Below are positions 46,427 through 52,722 of a DNA stretch of 64,000 bases, in pieces. The notes beneath the pieces are model-generated. The model ran no database searches and was not told where the DNA came from. It saw only the letters and a list, made by a program, of their open reading frames with translations. Both the position numbers and the translations under genes were made by a program. The stretch's first letter is position 1. Every line of letters begins with the position of its first letter. This DNA comes from Eubacteriales bacterium (GTDB taxonomy: Bacteria > Bacillota > Clostridia > Oscillospirales > CAG-272), in contig JAZNNR010000018.1 in the NCBI GenBank assembly GCA_045580325.1, positions 33,931 through 97,930 of the forward strand. Reading direction: 5' to 3'.

Positions 46427-47644
46427 ATGGAATTTGGCGGAATCAATTTTGACACATATTTTAAAAACTATCCCGATCAGAACGGGTATTTCGGAAAATA
46501 CGGCGGCTGTTACGTATCCGACGAGCTCACAAAGGCGATGCAGGAGATCACAGAGGCTTACTTCACTATCTGCAAGTCGCGCAAGTTCATCGACGAGCTT
46601 CGCCGCATACGCAGAGAATTTCAGGGTCGTCCTACTCCTATTTCCCATCTTGAGCGTCTTTCAAACAAGCTCGGCAACGTTCAGCTCTACGTTAAGCGCG
46701 AGGATCTGAACCATTCGGGCGCACACAAGCTCAATCACTGTATGGGCGAGGCTCTTCTTGCGAAATATATGGGCAAGAAGAAGGTAATTGCCGAAACAGG
46801 TGCAGGACAGCACGGCGTTGCTCTTGCGACAGCTGCGGCATATTTCGGTCTTGAATGCGATATTTATATGGGCTCTGTTGATATTAAGAAGCAGGCTCCC
46901 AACGTTGCAAGAATGAAGATTCTCGGCGCAAACGTTGTTGAGGTAACTCATGGACTTGCAACCCTCAAGGAAGCTGTTGACGACGCTTTCGCGGCATACG
47001 CAAAGGAGTACAAGGACGCTATCTACTGCATCGGTTCGGTTCTCGGACCTCATCCCTTCCCTATGATGGTGCGCGACTTCCAGAGCGTTGTCGGTATCGA
47101 AGCAAGAGAGCAGTTCACCGAAATGACAGGAGAGCTTCCCGACGCGATCGTAGCCTGTGTTGGCGGCGGCTCTAACGCGGCAGGATTTTTCTCGGGATTC
47201 CTCAACGATCCCGTAGAGATATACGGCATCGAGCCTCTCGGACGCGGTCCAAAGCTCGGCGATCACGCAGCAAGTCTTAAATACGGCACGGAAGGCATTA
47301 TGCACGGCTTCAACTCGATCATGCTCAAGGACGAAAACGGCGAGCCTGCGCCCGTTTATTCGGTAGCAAGCGGTCTTGACTATCCTTCCTCGGGTCCCGA
47401 GCACGCATTCCTGCGCGACCTCGGCAGAGTTAAGTACGACGTTATCAACGACGATGAAACTATCGACGCATTCTTCGAGCTTTCGAGAATGGAAGGCATT
47501 ATCCCCGCTATCGAAAGCGCACACGCGGTAGCTTACGGAATCAAGCTCGCACAGCGTATGAGCCACGGCTCTGTTCTTATCAACCTCTCGGGCAGAGGCG
47601 ACAAGGATATGGACTACGTAATTGAGAATTATGGAATAAGATAA
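46427..47644 (+). CDS. trpB: Tryptophan synthase beta chain (stand-alone)
   Basis: 405 aa. Contains [22 protein letters not shown] (PLP lysine region) and GGGSNAAG. No trpA or other trp genes are adjacent. Confidence 0.9.
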   Translation: MEFGGINFDTYFKNYPDQNGYFGKYGGCYVSDELTKAMQEITEAYFTICKSRKFIDELRRIRREFQGRPTPISHLERLSNKLGNVQLYVKREDLNHSGAHKLNHCMGEALLAKYMGKKKVIAETGAGQHGVALATAAAYFGLECDIYMGSVDIKKQAPNVARMKILGANVVEVTHGLATLKEAVDDAFAAYAKEYKDAIYCIGSVLGPHPFPMMVRDFQSVVGIEAREQFTEMTGELPDAIVACVGGGSNAAGFFSGFLNDPVEIYGIEPLGRGPKLGDHAASLKYGTEGIMHGFNSIMLKDENGEPAPVYSVASGLDYPSSGPEHAFLRDLGRVKYDVINDDETIDAFFELSRMEGIIPAIESAHAVAYGIKLAQRMSHGSVLINLSGRGDKDMDYVIENYGIR

Positions 47645-47649
47645 TCGGA

Positions 47650-47727
47650 GGGGCGTTGCCCCTGAACCCCACTCAGGAAACTTTTGAAAAAGTTTCCTGA
47701 TAACCTTCAAAACTTTATAGAAAAGTT
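47650..47727 (+). repeat. Three-hairpin intergenic repeat, family E3 copy a
   Basis: GGGGC-gtt-GCCCC; CAGGAAACTTTT-ga-AAAAGTTTCCTG; AACTTT-atag-AAAGTT. The order and core (CTTTTGAAAAAG...CAAAACTTT) match 55085-55151. Confidence 0.75.
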
Positions 47728-47730
47728 AAG

Positions 47731-47763
47731 GGCTTCTGCTGAAAAGCAGAAGCCTTTGGTTTT
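47731..47763 (+). terminator. trpB intrinsic terminator
   Basis: GGCTTCTGCT-gaaa-AGCAGAAGCC followed by TTTGGTTTT. Confidence 0.8.
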
Positions 47764-47770
47764 ATAAATT

Positions 47771-47823
47771 TGAGATAAAATCACACCAATATTTAATGCT
47801 GAACTCACCGACAAATTGAAATT
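47771..47823 (-). repeat. Cassette 3'-boundary module B (long form)
   Basis: The minus strand directly after the HAD stop reads AATTTCAATTTGTCGGTGAGTTCAGCATTAAATATTGGTGTGATTTT, homologous to the sequence after the 51761 gene stop. Confidence 0.7.
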
Positions 47824-48606
47824 TTACAAACTCTTTAATATCCTATGTTCTATAAATTTTGCAACACCATCGGCATCGTTGCTTTCTATAACATAATCAG
47901 CAACAGATTTAACTTCATCAATTCCATTGGAAACAGCAATACCCAACCCGCACATTTTTATCGGTTCAATATCGTCTTGGTCATCTCCAAAATAGGCCGT
48001 TTCATTAGGAGAACAGTTACAAATATCCAGCATTGCCTTAATGCCATTCCACTTTGTTGCTGTTGTGTTCATTATTTGCAATAAATAACCATGAGCAATT
48101 GTATAATGCAAATCTTCTGTCAATTCTTTTTTGACAAAGTAAAGTGTTTCCTCGCTGTCAAGGTGAACCAGTATTTTTAATACGCCTTCCTTGTTGGCAA
48201 TGCCAATCAAATTGTTTGAAACAATTGTTTTGTAATCTTCAATAGGATGATTTGAGTATGCACGGTCTCCTGTTTCGAGGGTAATTCGAAGATTAGGATA
48301 GCATTTTAACGCATTCAATAAATGCTCGGCACTTCTTTGACAGATAGCATAATCCACTTGTTGATTTCTGTGGATTATTCTTGCACCATTGGAAACAACC
48401 ATTGCATCAAAGCCAATCAAATCACCAAATTGTTTTGTTGTACGTAATGGTCTGGCTGTGGCAACCATGATGTTAATTCCACGTTTCTTACATTCTTTAA
48501 GGACTTTGATAGTACGCGCGGATAGGGTTTTATCTGTATGTAGCAAAGTTCTATCTAAATCCACGACAATAGTCTTAACACTTGCAGTGTTTATCATTGC
48601 TATCAC
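47824..48606 (-). CDS. Cof-type HAD-IIB family hydrolase
   Basis: 260 aa. Motif I VVDLDRTLL and motif IV FGDDQDDIEPIKMCGLGIAVSNG. Confidence 0.85.
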   Translation of the reverse strand: MIAMINTASVKTIVVDLDRTLLHTDKTLSARTIKVLKECKKRGINIMVATARPLRTTKQFGDLIGFDAMVVSNGARIIHRNQQVDYAICQRSAEHLLNALKCYPNLRITLETGDRAYSNHPIEDYKTIVSNNLIGIANKEGVLKILVHLDSEETLYFVKKELTEDLHYTIAHGYLLQIMNTTATKWNGIKAMLDICNCSPNETAYFGDDQDDIEPIKMCGLGIAVSNGIDEVKSVADYVIESNDADGVAKFIEHRILKSL

Positions 48607-48628
48607 ATCCTTTCGTCAAATTGGAATT

Positions 48629-48952
48629 TTACATTCTAATTTCCGTATGAAAATATTGTTCTTGAAATGCAACTTGCCGCATAATTTCATCTTTTGTAAA
48701 GGATACACCTTCTGGTGCTACAACCCACTTTTCTTCTATGTCATCATATCTATGAATGATGGCAATTACTTTGCCACTAAACTCTTTAATGGGTTCATTT
48801 ACGCCAACTATGTATGCATCTTGTTCTTCTCCGTCAGCAGCTACAATACCCTCTATATAGCCGTAGTTGACAGAATAGTAGATGTCTTTATGCTCTGGAT
48901 GATATGTTCCTAATGGGCGATCAACAATAACCTTAACAAATTTTCCTAACAT
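48629..48952 (-). CDS. Small inorganic-pyrophosphatase-like protein
   Basis: ATG at 48952 follows GAGGT by about 6 nt and gives MLGKFVKVIVDRPLGTYHP...NYGYIEG...DGEEQDAYIVG...RYDDIEEKWVV, which resembles short PPase-family proteins. The alternative start at 48982 overlaps the upstream stop. Confidence 0.6.
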   Translation of the reverse strand: MLGKFVKVIVDRPLGTYHPEHKDIYYSVNYGYIEGIVAADGEEQDAYIVGVNEPIKEFSGKVIAIIHRYDDIEEKWVVAPEGVSFTKDEIMRQVAFQEQYFHTEIRM

Positions 48953-48978
48953 TTTAACCTCGACAAAACAGAATTTGT

Positions 48979-49203
48979 TCATTTCTTTTTCTTGTTAAGA
49001 TAGATAATAACGGCAATCAAAATGGCCACAATTATTGCCGAAATCAATCCACCAACGATCAGCCAATGTGTTTGGTAAGTAAGAAATCTAGCAGTAGGGC
49101 CATCTGCACCACCGATAATGCCAACGGATGAGGCTTCATTGTTACAACCACCAAGGCACAATACAAGAATTAATAATGAAACAAAAATCATTAACTTTTT
49201 CAT
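48979..49203 (-). CDS. Small lipoprotein with a C-terminal TM anchor (74 aa)
   Basis: ATG at 49203 follows AAAGGAG. Lipobox LILVLCLGGC. C-terminal hydrophobic helix plus a KKKK tail. Confidence 0.6.
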   Translation of the reverse strand: MKKLMIFVSLLILVLCLGGCNNEASSVGIIGGADGPTARFLTYQTHWLIVGGLISAIIVAILIAVIIYLNKKKK

Positions 49204-49246
49204 ACACGGACACTCCTTTGTCAAGTTTTTCAACCTATTAGACCTA

Positions 49247-49413
49247 TTCAAGTTTATCGATTAGATACCTAAGTGAAATAATTATATCATAAAAATTCCA
49301 AAAAGTAAATAGGACGGCTCAATTTTTTACAAATTGAACCGCCCTACGTCTTGTAGGGACAGGCGTCCTCGACTGTCCGCTTATTACGGCGGCAGCAAGC
49401 CACCGCCCTACAA
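49247..49413 (+). repeat. E1+P module copy 1 (REP-like element fused to a leftward promoter and shared 5' UTR)
   Basis: About 97 percent identical to 52373-52531 (roughly 5 substitutions and one 8-nt indel by hand alignment). Core: CCGCCCTAC-gtctt-GTAGGGACAG-gcgtcctcga-CTGTCC...GGCGG-cagcaagcca-CCGCCCTAC. Confidence 0.9.
49281..49309 (-). promoter_or_regulatory. Promoter carried by E1+P copy 1, driving the lipoprotein/PPase-like/HAD operon
   Basis: On the minus strand: TTTACT, 17 nt ending TGa, TATAAT. Confidence 0.65.
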
Positions 49414-49519
49414 AAAGAGTCATAATGATTCTATTAAAAACCGTTATGACTCAAAAAGATTGCAAAACATTGCAATTCTAAATAATTTATGGTACAATGT
49501 AAAAGAGGAGCGTGAGTAT

Positions 49520-50392
49520 ATGGAACTGTATGCAAGTGATATGTTCTTTCGTGGCGGTAACGAAAAAGAACAAGCATATGATTGTTGTATTCATGGAAAT
49601 ATTATTTTTAAAATTGGGGATAATTTACTCTCTGATAACACAGAGTGGTGTGTAAGCGCCTCGGCATATAGGTTCTTGCATACTCTCTTTGAAAATCATT
49701 TTATGGGTGCAGAAGAGTTTATGATTTCTTGTTGTGGACATTTTATGGTTCCGTCGGAAGATAAAATGTCTGTAAGTATCGTCGGTTGCAGTAATGGTAT
49801 TGATTTCAACATTATTCACGAAGACGAAAGCATTACCATTGTAACAGCAGATGATGCTGAATATCATATTCCCTTTGAGGACTATAAAAAGGCGGTTATA
49901 TCTTTTGCTGAACAAGTAATGGACTTCTACAAAGCAAACCCACCCCGTGAGTTTGAAGACGATTTTAACAAAGACGGATATAGTGCTTTTATCACCGAGT
50001 GGTATTCGCTATATGACAAAGCAATTTCAATGCTGAATGAGATTCCGAAAATCAATCCCATTACTTTTGAAGATTATGAAGCTTGCACTGAAAATGAAAT
50101 TACGGGTATAAGTAAGGCAGGAATATCGCTTAAATCATTTGGTTTTATCAATTTCAAAGAGTGTGCATATAATTTTAAGCAAACAGAGGGCGGTTCGGGA
50201 AAGTGTGTCGGAGAAAGAGAAATCACAAACCTTTCATTTACTTTCTACACATCGCCCAAACCGATTATGATTAAGTTCATTGAGAAAAACAAGTTTATTG
50301 AGTTTATCACAAAAGAAAACACGATATATCGTTTTAATAAACTCCAAAAAGAGATTTTGAAATATGGATATAGCACAAGAGATATGACATAA
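49520..50392 (+). CDS. Hypothetical protein (290 aa)
   Basis: ATG at 49520 follows AAGAGGAG. Its own promoter is TTGCAA, 17 nt, TACAAT at about 49470-49497. The first 62 codons of track ORF 49334..50392 are read-through of the E1 repeat. Confidence 0.7.
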   Translation: MELYASDMFFRGGNEKEQAYDCCIHGNIIFKIGDNLLSDNTEWCVSASAYRFLHTLFENHFMGAEEFMISCCGHFMVPSEDKMSVSIVGCSNGIDFNIIHEDESITIVTADDAEYHIPFEDYKKAVISFAEQVMDFYKANPPREFEDDFNKDGYSAFITEWYSLYDKAISMLNEIPKINPITFEDYEACTENEITGISKAGISLKSFGFINFKECAYNFKQTEGGSGKCVGEREITNLSFTFYTSPKPIMIKFIEKNKFIEFITKENTIYRFNKLQKEILKYGYSTRDMT

Positions 50393-50404
50393 TAAGGAGG
50401 CTTT

Positions 50405-50683
50405 ATGTCACATAGTAAATATAATAAAAGAGGTCACTCACTATATTTAGATAATTGGAATCCGAATGCAAAAAAATATATCAACGAATGCAAAATATGC
50501 GGATATAAAGGTTATAGTCCTGCAATAGAAGAATCCGACTTTTTAAGCAACAGCGACAAAGATCTCTTTACATTTTCAATTAACAAGGCAATATATGAGG
50601 AATTGACCAAAACATTTTCCGCGTTAGAATTGGATGAGTACGGTCGTTGTAAGGATTGTGCAAGAATTCAAGATAAAAAGTAA
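50405..50683 (+). CDS. Hypothetical zinc-ribbon-like small protein (92 aa)
   Basis: Two Cys pairs (CKICGYKG and CKDCARIQ) and RBS AAGGAGG, 12 nt after the upstream gene. Confidence 0.6.
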   Translation: MSHSKYNKRGHSLYLDNWNPNAKKYINECKICGYKGYSPAIEESDFLSNSDKDLFTFSINKAIYEELTKTFSALELDEYGRCKDCARIQDKK

Positions 50684-50690
50684 TTAGATA

Positions 50691-50727
50691 AAAATGGCTA
50701 TGACATTCCGTGTGTCATAGCCATTTT
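50691..50727. terminator. Bidirectional terminator after the 49520-50683 gene pair
   Basis: AAAATGGCTATGAC-9 nt-GTCATAGCCATTTT. Confidence 0.75.
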
Positions 50728-50733
50728 AAAATA

Positions 50734-50770
50734 ATTTGCACCAAGTTTGCACCAAAGCACAAAACCAAGC
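50734..50770. repeat. Fragment of boundary module B (TTTGCACCAA direct repeats)
   Basis: ATTTGCACCAAGTTTGCACCAAAGCACAAAACCAAGC, compared with GTTGCACCAAATTTGCACCAAAATCACACCAAC at 51695-51727. Confidence 0.6.
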
Positions 50771-50779
50771 ATAAGAAAA

Positions 50780-50812
50780 CCCCGAAAACCGTGATGGTTT
50801 CGGGGTCTTTGA
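50780..50812 (-). terminator. Probable terminator downstream of the GNAT gene
   Basis: CCCCGAAA-10 nt-TTTCGGGG, with TTTTCTT following on the minus strand. Confidence 0.55.
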
Positions 50813-50906
50813 ATACTCTTTGAAATAATACAGGTCATCTCTTTTTTCGGGGGATTAAGCACGCCGTTTGACACCGTAAATAACATTCTGCAAAGAATTT
50901 GCCAAA

Positions 50907-51359
50907 TCACTTTTTCATCTCCATATAAGGAATAACCTCGTAGCCGCATTTTTTATAAACGTTCACGGCTCTTTCGTTTTCTTCTTCGACTTCCAAGCGA
51001 AATATTGCCCCGGGGTACTTATCTTCAATGAATTTAAGAAAACGGCTTCCGATTCCCAAGCCTCTATACTCGGTTTTAATATATATATCCTCGCTCCACA
51101 TACACGGCTTTCCGAATTCTGTGGAAAAGCTTTTGGCAACCATAGCGTATCCTTGTATTTCTTCTGCGTTTTCAAAAATATATCCTTCAAGATACGGATT
51201 ATCACTAAGGCAGGCATTTATGTCTGCTTCGAATATTTCCTGCGAGCCGTTAGTTAATACCGCAGGAGAAGCATAGAAGACTCTCATCATTTCGAGAACC
51301 TGTCCTCTGTCCTTCTCTTCCATACCTCTGATTACACTTTGCACTTTATTTGCCTCCAT
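50907..51359 (-). CDS. GNAT-family N-acetyltransferase
   Basis: Acetyl-CoA motif EYRGLGIGSRFLKFIE. The track start at 51389 lies inside the -10 box of the upstream promoter, so ATG 51359 (MEANKVQ) is preferred. It has no clear Shine-Dalgarno. Confidence 0.8.
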   Translation of the reverse strand: MEANKVQSVIRGMEEKDRGQVLEMMRVFYASPAVLTNGSQEIFEADINACLSDNPYLEGYIFENAEEIQGYAMVAKSFSTEFGKPCMWSEDIYIKTEYRGLGIGSRFLKFIEDKYPGAIFRLEVEEENERAVNVYKKCGYEVIPYMEMKK

Positions 51360-51387
51360 ATTGAAATTCGGGTTATTTATCGTGTGC

Positions 51388-51416
51388 ATTATACCATAAT
51401 TTCGGCAAAAAGTAAA
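51388..51416 (-). promoter_or_regulatory. Promoter carried by E1+P copy 2, driving the GNAT gene
   Basis: On the minus strand: TTTACT, 17 nt ending TGg, TATAAT. Confidence 0.65.
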
Positions 51417-51512
51417 TAGGACTTTTTACAAATTGAACCGCCATACGTCTTGTAGGGACAGGCGTCCTCGACTGTCCACCTGTTACGGCAGCAGTAAGCT
51501 GCCGCCCTACAA
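51388..51512 (+). repeat. E1+P module copy 2
   Basis: AAAAAGTAAATAGGACTTTTTACAAATTGAACCGCCATACGTCTTGTAGGGACAGGCGTCCTCGACTGTCC...GGCAGCAGTAAGCTGCCGCCCTACAA. The second hairpin has compensatory changes (GGCAGC/GCTGCC versus GGCGG/CCGCC). Confidence 0.85.
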
Positions 51513-51516
51513 CCAA

Positions 51517-51578
51517 AACAGACCCCACAAAACCGTGAGGTCTGTAAAAATATTGTTCGAAGAACTTATCTCTTTGAG
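51517..51578 (-). repeat. Copy 3 of the rpsI tail plus terminator (module T)
   Basis: The minus strand reads TCA AAG AGA TAA (S K R stop), then GTTCTTCGAACAATATTTTT, then hairpin ACAGACC..GGTCTGT. It is near-identical to the sequence after the real rpsI stop. Confidence 0.85.
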
Positions 51579-51596
51579 TTTTAGCAATACCGTTTG

Positions 51597-51683
51597 ATAT
51601 CGTGAATATCGTGGAAATATCGTGTGATATCGTGCATTTATCGTGTGTTTTCGTGCGATATCGTGAATATCGTGAGTATCGCC
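51597..51683 (-). repeat. Nine phased (A)TATCGTG / CACGATAT repeats with a period of about 10 bp (array A3)
   Basis: TCGTG begins at 51600, 51609, 51620, 51630, 51641, 51651, 51661, 51670 and 51679. Spacings are 9, 11, 10, 11, 10, 10, 9 and 9. Confidence 0.9.
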
Positions 51684-51689
51684 CTATAA

Positions 51690-51760
51690 AGTGTTGCACC
51701 AAATTTGCACCAAAATCACACCAACATTCAACGCTGTTCTGCTCGACAAATTGGAATTTG
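51690..51760 (-). repeat. Cassette 3'-boundary module B (long form)
   Basis: The minus strand after the TGA of the 51761 gene reads CAAATTCCAATTTGTCGAGCAGAACAGCGTTGAATGTTGGTGTGATTTTGGTGCAAATTTGGTGCAAC. Confidence 0.7.
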
Positions 51761-52363
51761 TCATTTTGTAACACACCAAATAGCTAATGGCACATAGCAG
51801 CTCACTAATACGAGTCTTTGCCAAAGACCACCGTGTCTCAAAACAGTATTTGCGAATTTTTCTTTCTCCCCCATAATGAAGAAGCAGAAGAACAAGAACG
51901 TTGCAATAAAGCTAACAAGCGAGATCGCTCCCATAATTATATCTCCCGCTTGAAACTGCATTATTGCCAAGAGCAACGGTACAGCAATTAATGTCATAAA
52001 TCCGATCGCAGAAGCACCGCCGTGAATTTTAGTCAGTGCATCCTCGTCTTGTCTGTTCTCGTTCAATGGACAAAAGCCCGAAATAATCTCACAGCCGATA
52101 CCGTATATTGCAAGTAATATCCATATTGCGATTGCCAAGCCACCGATGTTTTCTTGATACAACGCATACGGAGCAATACAGAAAACGACACCCGAGAGAA
52201 TGCACCACACATTGTAAATCCACTTCACAGGACTTTGCCGTGAGCCCAGTACCGAGAGTGCCATTTCTTTATGCTTATAGTTTGGATAAAAATGCGCAAG
52301 CAACAATGGTAGTAGATTATCTGCTACCAAAATAATAATCCATAATATTTTCATGTATTTCAT
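51761..52363 (-). CDS. Integral membrane protein (DUF998-like, six TM helices)
   Basis: 200 aa, hydrophobic throughout. The N-terminus ILWIIILVADNLLPLLLAHFYPNYKHKEMALSVLG resembles DUF998 as I recall it. Confidence 0.65.
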   Translation of the reverse strand: MKYMKILWIIILVADNLLPLLLAHFYPNYKHKEMALSVLGSRQSPVKWIYNVWCILSGVVFCIAPYALYQENIGGLAIAIWILLAIYGIGCEIISGFCPLNENRQDEDALTKIHGGASAIGFMTLIAVPLLLAIMQFQAGDIIMGAISLVSFIATFLFFCFFIMGEKEKFANTVLRHGGLWQRLVLVSCYVPLAIWCVTK

Positions 52364-52372
52364 CTCGTCAAA

Positions 52373-52531
52373 TTCAAGTTTATCGATTAGATACCTAAGT
52401 GAAATAATTATATCATAAAAATCCCAAAAAGTAAATAGGATTTTTTACAAATTAAACCGCCCTACGTCTTGTAGGGACAGGCGTCCTCGACTGTGCGACT
52501 ATTACGGCGGCAGCAAGCCACCGCCCTACAA
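52373..52531 (+). repeat. E1+P module copy 3
   Basis: About 97 percent identical to copy 1. It is directly followed by module T copy 2. Confidence 0.9.
52407..52435 (-). promoter_or_regulatory. Promoter carried by E1+P copy 3, driving the DUF998-like gene
   Basis: On the minus strand: TTTACT, 17 nt ending TGa, TATAAT. Confidence 0.65.
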
Positions 52532-52535
52532 CAAA

Positions 52536-52603
52536 AACAGACCCCACAAAAATGTGAGGTCTGTAAAAATATTGTTCGAAGAACTTATCTCTTCGAGAAC
52601 TGT
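52536..52603 (-). repeat. Copy 2 of the rpsI tail plus terminator (module T)
   Basis: The minus strand reads CAG TTC TCG AAG AGA TAA (Q F S K R stop), against the real gene CAG TTC AGC AAG AGA TAA. The same spacer and terminator hairpin follow. Confidence 0.9.
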
Positions 52604-52616
52604 TACGACGTTAAGA

Positions 52617-52639
52617 AAACACTCCGGTGGAGTGTTTTA
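52617..52639. terminator. Perfect bidirectional hairpin
   Basis: AAAACACTCC-ggt-GGAGTGTTTT. Confidence 0.5.
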
Positions 52640-52685
52640 GTCGGAACCGCAGCGGCTATGCCGCGAGGATACCTCAGTTCAGCCG

Positions 52686-52722
52686 CAAAAATAAACAGAC
52701 CCCACAAAAACGTGAGGTCTGT
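52686..52722 (-). terminator. rpsI intrinsic terminator (module T, native copy)
   Basis: On the minus strand: ACAGACCTCAC-guuuuu-GUGGGGUCUGU followed by UUAUUUUU, 20 nt after the rpsI stop. Confidence 0.8.

Noticed and set aside
49334-49519. N-terminal 62 codons of track ORF 49334..50392 (MNRPTSCRDRRPRLSAYYGGSKPPPYKK...)
   Set aside because: This segment is a translation of the E1 repeat and a promoter region. A strong RBS and ATG at 49520 give the real start.
51597-51683. The possibility that the phased repeats are a CRISPR array
   Set aside because: The repeat unit is only about 8 nt with 1-3 nt between units. There are no spacers of 25-40 nt and no cas genes in the window.
51373-51787. 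ORFs 51373..51774 (minus) and 51602..51787 (plus)
   Set aside because: They run through E1, module T, the phased repeat array and module B. They are artefacts of the repeats.
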